From Myxococcota bacterium (GTDB lineage: Bacteria > Myxococcota_A > UBA796 > SXON01), in contig JAZKFH010000057.1 in the NCBI GenBank assembly GCA_040386535.1, positions 13,331 through 77,330 on the forward strand: DNA of 64,000 nucleotides, written 5' to 3'. The notes under the pieces were generated by a model. The model saw nothing but the letters and a program-made list of their open reading frames with translations. It was not told the origin of the DNA and searched no databases. The first letter of the stretch is position 1; the number at the start of each line of letters is the position of its first letter. This document shows positions 9,089-18,275 of this stretch, one piece after another. The position numbers were made by a program, and so were the translations under genes.

Positions 9089-9607
9089 TCAGCCCCGCCC
9101 CGCCAACGCCGCCTCGATCCGCAACAGGCTGTCGCGGATCTCGCGCAGCAGCTGATCGTCCGCCGGCGCAGGGACGGCCGGTTTGGCGCCGAGGGTGATC
9201 TCGTCGTGCCGCGTGATGATCGCGCCGCGGAACGCCTCCGCGTCCTTGACCCCGATGAGGATCGCGCTCGACCCGGTCTGCCCACCTCCCGCGGTCTCCA
9301 CCTTCAACGTCGAGATGCCCAGCGCGTCGAGCACGGGGCCGGAATGCAGGGAGACATCCTGGATCTTGTCGAGCGGGATGTTCATCTCACGGCGAAACCA
9401 CACCCCGTGCCGGTAGACGAGGCTCCGCTCGCCGAGGCGGGCCTCGATGGTGGGAAAGTACAGGTTCGCCCAGATCGGCCCCACCACTACCAACACTGGC
9501 AACGCGAGGATGCCGACCATCGTGGCGGTCAGCGCGAAGGCGATCTGGAGGACCAGGTACACCTTGAGCTTGGGGTCGAAGGTGGCGAGGACGTCGTTCT
9601 TGGCCAT
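9089..9607 (-). CDS. Bacterial PH domain (bPH_2/YdbS-like) membrane protein
   Basis: Two N-terminal TM helices, then GVWFRREMNIPLDKIQDVSL...LGISTLKVETAG. Confidence 0.85.
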   Translation of the reverse strand: MAKNDVLATFDPKLKVYLVLQIAFALTATMVGILALPVLVVVGPIWANLYFPTIEARLGERSLVYRHGVWFRREMNIPLDKIQDVSLHSGPVLDALGISTLKVETAGGGQTGSSAILIGVKDAEAFRGAIITRHDEITLGAKPAVPAPADDQLLREIRDSLLRIEAALAGRG

Positions 9608-9656
9608 CGTGTGCTCCGGTCGGTGGCGGACCGAGCGCGAGTCTACAACAGCCGGC

Positions 9657-9800
9657 CCGCGCGAGGCGCCCGGCGGGCGCGTGCCCGCGTGAGCGGGCGC
9701 GCGGTTCGGCGCCTCCGGGCGCACGCCCGGACCGCGCCAACCGAGGCGCTCCGCGCCGAGTCCAGAGGGGGCCGACCCGGCGCCTCGCCGGGGCGCGCCC
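9657..9800 (-). repeat. Multi-hairpin intergenic repeat, family H, copy 2
   Basis: Reverse complement contains GGGCGC..GTCGGCCCCCTCTGGACTCG-GCGCGGAGCGC-CTCGGTT..CCGGGCGCCTCGCGCGG. Confidence 0.65.
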
Positions 9801-9813
9801 AAGCGTTGATGCC

Positions 9814-11958
9814 CTACCGCTCGATCCGCACACCCACGAGCGGGATGAAGCTCGGCCCCGCTACGGGCGCGCTGGCGTCGTAGTCGTAGCGGTAGGCGAG
9901 GTACATGACGTTGCTCACCTCGGGCACCCACCAGAGCTCGGCGTACGCCGTGACTTGGATCAGGCGGGTGTGGAAGGTTTTCTCCAGGTGGGCGTCGACC
10001 TTCTGATACGGGGCGTACCGCGCCGAGTTGCGCGGGCCGTACAGGGGTGTGTAGGTGTCGGACGCGGCCTGGTACAGACCGTCCTCGACCGGGGTGTAGG
10101 GCAGGCCTGCCGCGAGGCGGTAGCGCACGCCGACGTTCCAGGTGGGGTGGAAGGTCCAGCTCGCGGCGAGGTTTCCCGACCAGGGTTGGTCGTAGTCGAA
10201 CACCTCGCCGTCGCGCGTGGCATGGCCGAACGCGAGGCCGACGCTGGCGAAGAAGCGGTCGCGGATGCGGTAGCGGCTGGTGACCTCGACGCCCCAGGCG
10301 GCGCCGATGACATCGCTGCGGAGCGAGCCGTCCAGCTCGGTGAGGAACAGGCCGTCCATACGCTTGGCCCAGCCGTCTACGCCCACTTCCCAGCGGCCGG
10401 CGATGGCGTGGTCGAAGCCGAGCGCGATCTGCTGGGCGCGCGAGGGGCCGGCGTCGGGGGCGCCGATGTCGGGCGCGAGTTGGGAGACGGTCGGATATTG
10501 GGTGTATTGGCCGATGCCGAACCGGGCGCGGGTGTCGGGGCCGACGGTCCACCGGGCGAGGAAGCGCGGGTCGACGGTGGGGGCGCCCGTGCCGCCGCCG
10601 GTCAGCGTGTCGAAGCCGACGCGCACACCCGGCACGAGCCGCACGGGGCCGAGCTCGAAGCGCCCCTCGACGTAGGCGCCGCCGGTGAGCCGGGCCTGCT
10701 CGACGTTGGTGTTCACGCCGCGAGCGAGCAGGGCGGCCTCGCGTGCCACCTCGGGCCATGCTTGGGTGGTCTCGGAGAGGACGCGGGTGTTCGACCCCTT
10801 GACCTCCAGGCCGTAGGCGATGGAGACCGCGTCGATCGGGGCGGTGACGAGGTCCTCGCGGAGCTGGAGCGACTGCTCGTGGAGGACCTCGGACGCCGAG
10901 GGGAGCGTGCCCGTGACGTTGTAGTCGACGAAGGCGAGCACGCCGTCGGTGCGCGTGCGGCCGAAGCGCTCGCGATGGACGACGGCGGCCACGTGGTACT
11001 GCTGGTCGAAATCGAACTTGGGGTTGGTCTCCTGCTCCCAACCGACCAACTCGGTCGGCTCGCCGGAGTAGCGTGTGTAGGCGTCCCCGGCGCCGAACGC
11101 GAGCAGGCCCCACTGGCGCCCCTCGCCGGGGGTGTACTCGGCGCGGGCGAAGTAGTCCCAGAACTGCGGAAAGACGGTGTACTGCTCGTCGTCACGCGAG
11201 AACGCGTCGAGGTAGGAGCGCCGCCCGCTGGCGCGCAGGACCCACTTCTTGCCGAGCGGCACCCGGACCTCGGCACCGCCCATCACGAGGTTGAGGTTGA
11301 CGGTGCCACGTACGCCGTCGGGTCGGTCCCAACGCGACTTGGTCTCCACGATGCCACCGGTCGCGCCGCCCCAATTCGCCCCGTAGGTGCTGGGCCAGAG
11401 CGTCAGCTCGTCCAGCATGCGGGTGTGGAACACCGACGAGTAGCCGTTGAAGTGGAACAGGTAGGGGAGATCGATGCCGTCGAGCAGGAAGCGGTTCTCG
11501 CCCGGGGCCGCGCCGCGGATCGAGATGTCACCGGCCTTGGGAGAGTACTCGGGCGTGATGGACACGCCGGGGAGCGACTGGACGAGCCGCACCGGATCCT
11601 CGAAGGTGCCGGGCGTGCGCTCGACACGCTCGCGGTCGAGCGAGGTGACGCTCACGACGGGATCGTCGCGCCGCGCCTCGACCACGATCTCGAGCGCGCC
11701 GGACTCCGGGAACAGGCGCACGCGCCAGTCGACATCGTCGGGGAGGGCGAAGGTGGCGTCCATGAAGCCGGGCGCACGGAAGGTGACCGGCGTGCCGACG
11801 GGCAGATCGAGCGCGAACCGGCCCTTGGGGTCCGTCGTGACCGTAGCGCCGTTGGCGAGCACCTCGGCGCCGACGACGGGCAGGCCGGTGCTCTGATCGA
11901 CGACCCGGCCCTCGAGCGGGGCGGCGGACGCCAGCGCGACGAGCACGATCAGGGCCAC
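9814..11958 (-). CDS. TonB-dependent receptor with an N-terminal carboxypeptidase-regulatory-like domain
   Basis: GTG start (MALIVLVALASAA); GRVVD..G.PVVGAEV; plug motif DPVRLVQSLPGV..IRG..ENRFLLDGI; beta-barrel C-terminus. Confidence 0.85.
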   Translation of the reverse strand: MALIVLVALASAAPLEGRVVDQSTGLPVVGAEVLANGATVTTDPKGRFALDLPVGTPVTFRAPGFMDATFALPDDVDWRVRLFPESGALEIVVEARRDDPVVSVTSLDRERVERTPGTFEDPVRLVQSLPGVSITPEYSPKAGDISIRGAAPGENRFLLDGIDLPYLFHFNGYSSVFHTRMLDELTLWPSTYGANWGGATGGIVETKSRWDRPDGVRGTVNLNLVMGGAEVRVPLGKKWVLRASGRRSYLDAFSRDDEQYTVFPQFWDYFARAEYTPGEGRQWGLLAFGAGDAYTRYSGEPTELVGWEQETNPKFDFDQQYHVAAVVHRERFGRTRTDGVLAFVDYNVTGTLPSASEVLHEQSLQLREDLVTAPIDAVSIAYGLEVKGSNTRVLSETTQAWPEVAREAALLARGVNTNVEQARLTGGAYVEGRFELGPVRLVPGVRVGFDTLTGGGTGAPTVDPRFLARWTVGPDTRARFGIGQYTQYPTVSQLAPDIGAPDAGPSRAQQIALGFDHAIAGRWEVGVDGWAKRMDGLFLTELDGSLRSDVIGAAWGVEVTSRYRIRDRFFASVGLAFGHATRDGEVFDYDQPWSGNLAASWTFHPTWNVGVRYRLAAGLPYTPVEDGLYQAASDTYTPLYGPRNSARYAPYQKVDAHLEKTFHTRLIQVTAYAELWWVPEVSNVMYLAYRYDYDASAPVAGPSFIPLVGVRIER

Positions 11959-12776
11959 GGCGCCCCCGTGAGCAGCACGCGCGCGCCGATCGCGTCGTCG
12001 AGGCCACACCGGCCGTCCGCGAGGGCGTCGGCGTCGAACGGATCGAGGCCACACACGACATCGCCGGTGTCGGTGTCGGCGGCGGCGACCACGTCGGTGA
12101 GCACGAGGCCGGCGCGGTTCTCGGCGGCGGTGAGCGTCGCGAGGTAGCGGCCCTCGCCGGGCACCTGGACGTCGATGGGGAGGAGGCGCCCGCCGACCGC
12201 GAGGTAGGGGCCGGCGTCGGTCCCGACGTCGAGGAAGGACCAGGTGTTGCCGCCCCGCCCGTCGAGCGTGAGCCCTACGATCGTGACCAGACCGGTGTCC
12301 TCGGGCTCCGCGTCCGCGACGACGCCGTCCTCGTCGGGCGCGGGCAGGATCGACCAGTCCGCGGCGTTCGGGCCGGTCTCCGTGAAGGTGCCGCCCGAGG
12401 CCATCCAGCGGGTGACGGCGTCGGTCCCGACGGCGAGCGAGAGGGCGGCGGTGGCACCGTCGAACGTGCGGGAGAAGCCGGTCATCGCTGGAACCACGGC
12501 GTCGTCGCTCACGACGAGCTCGCCCTGCTCGGTCGCCTCCGCGCCCTCGACCACGACCCGCGCCGTGAAGGGCGGCGCGGGCGCCTCGGTGACCACCTCG
12601 CCGTCGATGCTCCAGGTGACGACCGGCGCGGTGCGGTGGAACGCGCCTTCGCCCGACCACACCAGGGCCCGCAGGGCGCCGGAGTCGGCCGCCAACCCGA
12701 CGAGCCGGAACCCGTCGAGATCCTTGCGGGTCTCGTCAAAGGTGGGGGTGCAGGCGAGGAGGACGATGAAGAGCAC
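11949..12776 (-). CDS. Hypothetical lipoprotein co-transcribed with the TonB receptor
   Basis: MLFIVLLAC lipobox; overlaps the receptor start. Confidence 0.7.
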   Translation of the reverse strand: MLFIVLLACTPTFDETRKDLDGFRLVGLAADSGALRALVWSGEGAFHRTAPVVTWSIDGEVVTEAPAPPFTARVVVEGAEATEQGELVVSDDAVVPAMTGFSRTFDGATAALSLAVGTDAVTRWMASGGTFTETGPNAADWSILPAPDEDGVVADAEPEDTGLVTIVGLTLDGRGGNTWSFLDVGTDAGPYLAVGGRLLPIDVQVPGEGRYLATLTAAENRAGLVLTDVVAAADTDTGDVVCGLDPFDADALADGRCGLDDAIGARVLLTGAPWP

Positions 12777-12870
12777 GGGCGCCTCTAACGGGGCGCGGGG
12801 ATCGCCGTTGTCTGCGTCATGTCACCGGGCGGGCGCGTACGAGGACGCGCGCTCGGCACGGCGAACGCGG

Positions 12871-12996
12871 GGCCCTGTGAAGTCTTGTCCCGAACCGCGC
12901 CCCCCCGTTGGCCTGGGTCGCGGAGTTTGTCAGTACCCCCCCGCCCGCTAGGAGTTGGCAGCGGCACGGCGCAAGCCGGTGCGTGGGACACGTGAC
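12871..12996 (+). ncRNA. Candidate structured small RNA (multibranch, two C7 tracts)
   Basis: CCCTGTG/CATAGGG and TGTCCC/GGGACA closing stems enclose three hairpins; one has a GCAA tetraloop; strand inferred from G-U pairs and the GNRA loop. Confidence 0.4.
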
Positions 12997-13101
12997 CGCA
13001 TAGGGGTTGGGGTGTGAACGACCTTTGCGGTTCACGTTCACCGGTCGGTCTGGTATCCCCCAACTCGGCTCTCTTCCTCGCGAAGAGAGACCTGGAGTCC
13101 C

Positions 13102-13647
13102 ATGTTGCGTTCCCTCGCCGTCCTCCTCGGCCTCCTCACCGTCTCCCCCGCCCTGGCCCACGATGGCCACCACGGCGCCGACCACAACCAGATCGATGGC
13201 GTCCGCTTCGATCTGCACGGCAACATCGACCGCTGGAGCGTGTTCGGCGCGGGTGGCCGCGTCGAGTTCGCCATCGTCCCCGACGGGTTCATCGGCGGGA
13301 GCCGGGTGAACGACGAGCTCGCGTTGAGCTTCGGCGCCGACATCTTCTTCGTGCCGCTCTACTGGGGCAACGACTACTACAGCGGCGGCGCCTACGTGAT
13401 CCCCATCGGCGCGGTGCAGTGGAACTTCTACCTGGGTGACCATTGGTCGGTGTTCCCCGAGGTCGGTATCGCGGTGCACATCGGGTTTCGCAACGACAGC
13501 TGGTACGACAAGCACGGGCGCGGGTACGGCTGGGTCTACGCCGAGCCCGACGTCGGCATCGGCGCCCGCTACCACTTCAACAACGACGTCGCGTTGCTGA
13601 TGCGCATCAGCACCCCCGGCGGCGTGCAGCTGGGCGTGGTCTTCTAG
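13102..13647 (+). CDS. Small outer-membrane beta-barrel protein
   Basis: Signal peptide; amphipathic aromatic-rich strands; C-terminal Phe (VQLGVVF). Confidence 0.75.
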   Translation: MLRSLAVLLGLLTVSPALAHDGHHGADHNQIDGVRFDLHGNIDRWSVFGAGGRVEFAIVPDGFIGGSRVNDELALSFGADIFFVPLYWGNDYYSGGAYVIPIGAVQWNFYLGDHWSVFPEVGIAVHIGFRNDSWYDKHGRGYGWVYAEPDVGIGARYHFNNDVALLMRISTPGGVQLGVVF

Positions 13648-13663
13648 CCACCCACGAGCGGGG

Positions 13664-15328
13664 CTACTCCTGGCCCCCGAGCACGGCGACTTCGAGGGTG
13701 CCCGACACGGTCCCGCCCTCTTCGAGCGAGATCGTGTCGAAGCGGATGCTCCCGAACCCGAGCCAGGCGGCGGTGCTCCACTGGCCGCCGGTGTCGGGCG
13801 AGTTGTAGAGCAGCAGCCCTTCGGCGAGCGCCCCGTCCATCGGGATGTCGACGCCCGCCACGAGCGCCTCGGGCTGGAGCGTGACGTAAGGCGCCAGGTA
13901 CGTGTTGTCCGCGAGGGTGCTGATGGTCAGCCAGAGCGCGGTGCCGTCGCCCACCCAGCCCGCGGTCACGCCGTCGGCGGTGGTCGGGTACGGCACGTCG
14001 CGGATGACGTAGTCGACGGTGACGTCGCCCTCGTTGAGCAGGTCGCCGCCGGGGTAGCTGCCCCAGGTCGTCGTGAAGTCGACACGCACGGTGCCGACGC
14101 TGGTCCAGCACGGGTTGCCGCGCAGGGCGGCGGGGGACACGGGATCGCCGATGGCGGCCTCGATGTCGGCGCGGCGGTCGGCCACGATGTCGCGCAGATC
14201 CCCGATGGCCTGGCGCTGCTCTCGCGTGGAGACGCCCTGGAGCAGATCCTTCCAGTCGTCGACGCGGTCCAGACGCGCGTCCTCGTCCCACGCCTCGTCC
14301 AGGAGCCGCTGGAGGGCGGCCTCGTAGCGGTCCTTGCCCTCGGGGTGCTGGATGAGGCGGTGCGCGAGCGCGCTCACCGTCGCGACCCACACGGGCTCGC
14401 CGGGGCCGAAGGGCTCGGCGCGGTCGAACGCGGCGTCGGGGCCGCTCGCGATGAACTCGAGCCGGCCGTCCTCCGGCGCCGCGTACACGTAGAAGTTGTT
14501 GGTGTTGCCGTTGTACCCGTCCCAATGGCCGGCCACGGACTCGGCGGCCCAGAAGGTGAAGTACGCGTCGAGGTCGAGCACCGCGTCGAGCGCGTCGAGG
14601 AGCTCGTCATCGTCGGCTTCGAGCGCGGTGAGCACCGCCCGGGGCTCCGCGCCGAGGCTCTCGTCGTTCTCGCCCTCGAACGTCTCGACCCACTCCGCGC
14701 GGAAATCGGAGAGCGCGCCCTCGTACATCACACCCGGCGCGGCCCCGCGCACCCGCGTCACCAGGGCCTCGTCGATGGCCTCGGTGTGGTCGTAGATGCC
14801 CATGTCCACGCCGTTGACGGTCACGTGCGCGAGCGAGCACCGCGGCGCCACGAGCCCCGCGTCCGCGAACCAGCCGTGCGCAAGGCAGGTGCGGAGCCGG
14901 CTCGCATCCTGGTTGTTGTTGTTGAACACGAGCTTCTCCAGCCCGTGGAAGCGCGCGTCGGGCGTGGCGTGGTCGACGCTGATGCGGAGGCTGGGCCGCT
15001 CTGTCGAGAGCGAGCCGATCAGCCCCTTCTTGCGCACCCCGACGGTGCCCATCGCCTCGCCGTCGAACGTGACCTCGGCATCGAACCACGTGTACGGGCT
15101 CTCCCACGGCCCCTCGAAGCAGCCGTCGCCGAGCAGATCGTAGTAGCTGCGCTCCTGCACACGGAGGGCGTCCCAGTCGTCGGGATCGAGGGTGATCGCG
15201 ACCTCGTGGAGCACGTCGGGATCGTAGAGCGCGGCGGCGTCATCGGGCGCGGGGGGAGCGGTGTCCTCGTCGTCGGGGTGGCCGCCGACGATGGGCGTGG
15301 CGGTGCAGGCGAGGAGGAGGAGGAGCAT
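13664..15328 (-). CDS. cotH: CotH kinase family lipoprotein
   Basis: MLLLLLAC; VGVRKKG, KLVFNNNNQD and HWDGY..NNFYVY motifs. Confidence 0.85.
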   Translation of the reverse strand: MLLLLLACTATPIVGGHPDDEDTAPPAPDDAAALYDPDVLHEVAITLDPDDWDALRVQERSYYDLLGDGCFEGPWESPYTWFDAEVTFDGEAMGTVGVRKKGLIGSLSTERPSLRISVDHATPDARFHGLEKLVFNNNNQDASRLRTCLAHGWFADAGLVAPRCSLAHVTVNGVDMGIYDHTEAIDEALVTRVRGAAPGVMYEGALSDFRAEWVETFEGENDESLGAEPRAVLTALEADDDELLDALDAVLDLDAYFTFWAAESVAGHWDGYNGNTNNFYVYAAPEDGRLEFIASGPDAAFDRAEPFGPGEPVWVATVSALAHRLIQHPEGKDRYEAALQRLLDEAWDEDARLDRVDDWKDLLQGVSTREQRQAIGDLRDIVADRRADIEAAIGDPVSPAALRGNPCWTSVGTVRVDFTTTWGSYPGGDLLNEGDVTVDYVIRDVPYPTTADGVTAGWVGDGTALWLTISTLADNTYLAPYVTLQPEALVAGVDIPMDGALAEGLLLYNSPDTGGQWSTAAWLGFGSIRFDTISLEEGGTVSGTLEVAVLGGQE

Positions 15329-15444
15329 GGGGTCTGTTTGACACGGGGGGAGGGGGAGGGGGGAAGGGAATCTGCTCGTCCTCGCGATTGCCCACCGCCG
15401 CGCTCCCCCTCGCTCCCGACGCCCCCTCGGGCTACCCCGCCCGC

Positions 15445-16449
15445 ATGTGGCTCCTCCTGCTCTCCCTCGCCCGCGCGATCGCGGCCCCCCTCGAACCCAC
15501 CGAGGACTACGGCACCTGGGCCGCCGCCGCGCCCGTCGTCGCGCACCCCGAGCCCGCCTACCAGTTCGCGGCCGAGCTTCACCACGCGATCGCGCCCCTC
15601 GTGGCCGCGCGCCCCGGCGTGATCCGGCCGTTCCGGGTCGGGACCACCACGCAGGACCGCCCGATCTGGGGGTTCCGCGTCTCGCGCCCCGGTGAGGCGC
15701 CGGCGAAGAAGCTCCTCGTGTTCGCCAACATCCATGCGCTCGAGTGGGTGCCGTCGGAGATCGCGGTCGCGTTCCTGACGGAGATCGTGGCGAATCCGCC
15801 CGAGGGCGTCGAGATCACGGTGATCCCCTCGCTCAACCCCGACGGGCGCGCCAAGGTCGAGGCCGACCTGCTTGCGGGCGAGAACAAGTACCGCCGGGGC
15901 AACGCAGAGAATGTCGACTTGAACCGTGACTTTCCGGTGAACCGCGAGGCGAAGGCGGTGTGGCGGCATCTCCTGCCGAGCCGGTACGCGACCAGCCCGG
16001 CGCCGCTGTCCCAGCCCGAGTCCCGCGCGCTCGACGCGCTCGCGGCGGCCGAGCGGTTCGACGTGGCGGTGTCGCTGCACAGCTTCGGCGGGTTCCTCTA
16101 CTACCCGTGGGCCGGGCTGTGGGAGCGGCCCGACGACTGGGCCGAGATGCACCGGCTCGGGGTGGTGATGCAGTCGGCCATGGGCGCGCACGCCTACAAG
16201 CCGCGGCAGCTGGCGCGGTGGGGGTTCTTCTTCCGCGGGCACGGGATGGAGATCGACCACCTCTACGGCACCTACGGCACGAAGTCCTTCCTGATCGAGA
16301 CCACGCGGTCGGGCCTCTCGCCGTTCCGCCCGAAGGACTGGGGCAACCATTTTCGCTGGTACAACCCCAAGGAACCCGAGCGGCACGTCCGCGAGGGGCT
16401 CCGGGCGCTCCGCGCGCTCGCCCACGAGGTCGGCGGGCACCTCGGGTAG
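15445..16449 (+). CDS. M14 family zinc carboxypeptidase
   Basis: IHALEW (HxxE), NPDG, VDLNRDF, SQPE and SLHS motifs; signal peptide. Confidence 0.9.
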   Translation: MWLLLLSLARAIAAPLEPTEDYGTWAAAAPVVAHPEPAYQFAAELHHAIAPLVAARPGVIRPFRVGTTTQDRPIWGFRVSRPGEAPAKKLLVFANIHALEWVPSEIAVAFLTEIVANPPEGVEITVIPSLNPDGRAKVEADLLAGENKYRRGNAENVDLNRDFPVNREAKAVWRHLLPSRYATSPAPLSQPESRALDALAAAERFDVAVSLHSFGGFLYYPWAGLWERPDDWAEMHRLGVVMQSAMGAHAYKPRQLARWGFFFRGHGMEIDHLYGTYGTKSFLIETTRSGLSPFRPKDWGNHFRWYNPKEPERHVREGLRALRALAHEVGGHLG

Positions 16450-16617
16450 GGCACGTGGACCGGCGGGGAACCGGCTCCCGCCGCCGAAAGCGACACGCGT
16501 TGACGCGCGCTGCCCCTTGACGTTTGCCTCGCGGTGATAACAGGTGGCCCGCCCTTCCTGCCTCACCCTTCCAGCCGCGCCCCTCCGCGGCACGCCTCCA
16601 AGCAACGGTAGCAATCG

Positions 16618-17553
16618 ATGATCACTGTCGAAGGCCTCACCCACTACTACGGGGAGCGCCGCGCCATCGAGGACATCCGGTTCGAGATCTCGAAGAACGA
16701 GATCGTCGGGTTCCTCGGGCTCAACGGCGCGGGCAAGAGCACGACGCTCCGCATCCTCGCGGGCCTGCTCGTCCCCTCCGCCGGCTCGATCACGGTCGAC
16801 GGCGTGGACCTCGTGTCCGCCGGCGCCATCTCCCGCGCGAGCATCGGGTACCTGCCCGAAGATCCGCCGCTCTACAAGGAGATGACCGTCCGCGAGTTCG
16901 TCGCCTTCTGCGGCGAGCTCAAGGGGCTCGACGCGGCCACGGTCACCAGCCGCCTCGATGGCGTGCTCAAGATCGCGCAGCTCACGCACGTGCAGCACCG
17001 CGTCATCCAGGAGCTCTCGCACGGCTACCGGAAGCGCTGCGGCATCGCCCAGGCGATCATCCACAAGCCGAAGCTGGTCATCCTCGACGAGCCGATCAGC
17101 GGCCTCGATCCCCGCCAGATCGTCGAGATGCGCCAGGTCATCCGCGAGCTGGCGAAGGACTGCACGGTCCTCATCTCCAGCCACATCCTCGGCGAGATCT
17201 CCGAGACCTGTGACCGCATCCTCGTGCTCGCCGGCGGCAAGATCGTCGCGCAGGGCACCGAGGCCGAGCTGGCCGCACGTGCGGGCGGTGTGGGCGCGCG
17301 GCTCACCCTGGTCGTGCGCGGCAGCGCGGCGGCGATCGACGCGGCGCTCACCGCGGGCGCCGGCGTCCTCCGCTACGACAAGCACGAGGAGCCGGGCGGT
17401 CTGTGGCGCCTGCACGTTTCCCTCACGACGGACGGTCGGGAGGAGCTCGTCACCAATCTGGTCAAGGCCGGCGTCGGCATCCGCAAGATGACGGAGGACG
17501 AGTCGGAGCTCGAGCAGATCTTCCTCGGTCTGACCCAGGGGGCATCGGCATGA
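16618..17553 (+). CDS. ABC transporter ATP-binding protein (GldA-like)
   Basis: GLNGAGKST Walker A, LSHGYRKR signature, ILDEP Walker B. Confidence 0.95.
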   Translation: MITVEGLTHYYGERRAIEDIRFEISKNEIVGFLGLNGAGKSTTLRILAGLLVPSAGSITVDGVDLVSAGAISRASIGYLPEDPPLYKEMTVREFVAFCGELKGLDAATVTSRLDGVLKIAQLTHVQHRVIQELSHGYRKRCGIAQAIIHKPKLVILDEPISGLDPRQIVEMRQVIRELAKDCTVLISSHILGEISETCDRILVLAGGKIVAQGTEAELAARAGGVGARLTLVVRGSAAAIDAALTAGAGVLRYDKHEEPGGLWRLHVSLTTDGREELVTNLVKAGVGIRKMTEDESELEQIFLGLTQGASA

Positions 17554-18275
17554 AAGGCATCCTCCTCGTCGCGAAGCGCGACTTCTGGGCCTACATCAAC
17601 ACGGTCTGGGGCTGGGCGATCCTCGCGCTCGCGCTCCTCATCGACGGCCTGCTGTTCAACGTCTTCGGCCTCACGGGCGCCGCCCGCTACTCGGCCGAGG
17701 TGCTGAACCAGTTCATCTACCTCACCGGCGGCGTGGTGCTCGCCGTGTCGATCTTCATCACGATGCGCCTGTTCGCCGAAGAGCGGCAGACCGGCACCAT
17801 CGTGCTGCTCGACAGCTCGCCGCTCTCCGAGGGCCAGATCGTCTTCGGCAAGTACCTCTCGGGGATGGCGTTCCTCACCGTCTTTGCGCTCTGCACCAGC
17901 TTCATGCCGGCGATGATCTTCGTGAACGGCAAGGTGAGCATCGAGCAGATCGCCGTGGGCTACTTCGGCCTGTTGCTCATGGGCTCGGCCGCCATCGCGC
18001 TCGGCACCTGGGCGAGCTCGATCTCGCGCAACCAGCTGCTCGCGGGCGTCATCTCCACCGTCATCACGGTCTTCTTCGTGATGTGCTGGATGCTGGCCCG
18101 CGTCGTGGATCCGCCCTTCAAGGCGATCATCAGCTACGTCGCCTTCTACGACAAGCAGCTCCAGCCCTTCCAGGACGGCCGGATCGACACCTCGGGGGTC
18201 TTCTTCTTCGTGTCGATCACCTTCGCCTTCCTCCTCCTCGCCAACCGCTCCTTGATCGCCCGGAGGTGGGAATGA
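17550..18275 (+). CDS. ABC-2 permease (GldF-like)
   Basis: TMRLFAEERQTGTIVLL and IVFGKY motifs; about 6 TM; ATGA overlap. Confidence 0.9.
   Translation: MKGILLVAKRDFWAYINTVWGWAILALALLIDGLLFNVFGLTGAARYSAEVLNQFIYLTGGVVLAVSIFITMRLFAEERQTGTIVLLDSSPLSEGQIVFGKYLSGMAFLTVFALCTSFMPAMIFVNGKVSIEQIAVGYFGLLLMGSAAIALGTWASSISRNQLLAGVISTVITVFFVMCWMLARVVDPPFKAIISYVAFYDKQLQPFQDGRIDTSGVFFFVSITFAFLLLANRSLIARRWE

Noticed and set aside
12780..13100. Cobalamin riboswitch upstream of the TonB receptor operon, or 6S/SRP RNA
   Set aside because: I could not find a B12-box, the SRP GGAA loop motif or a 6S-like rod; the region is kept only as an unassigned ncRNA candidate.
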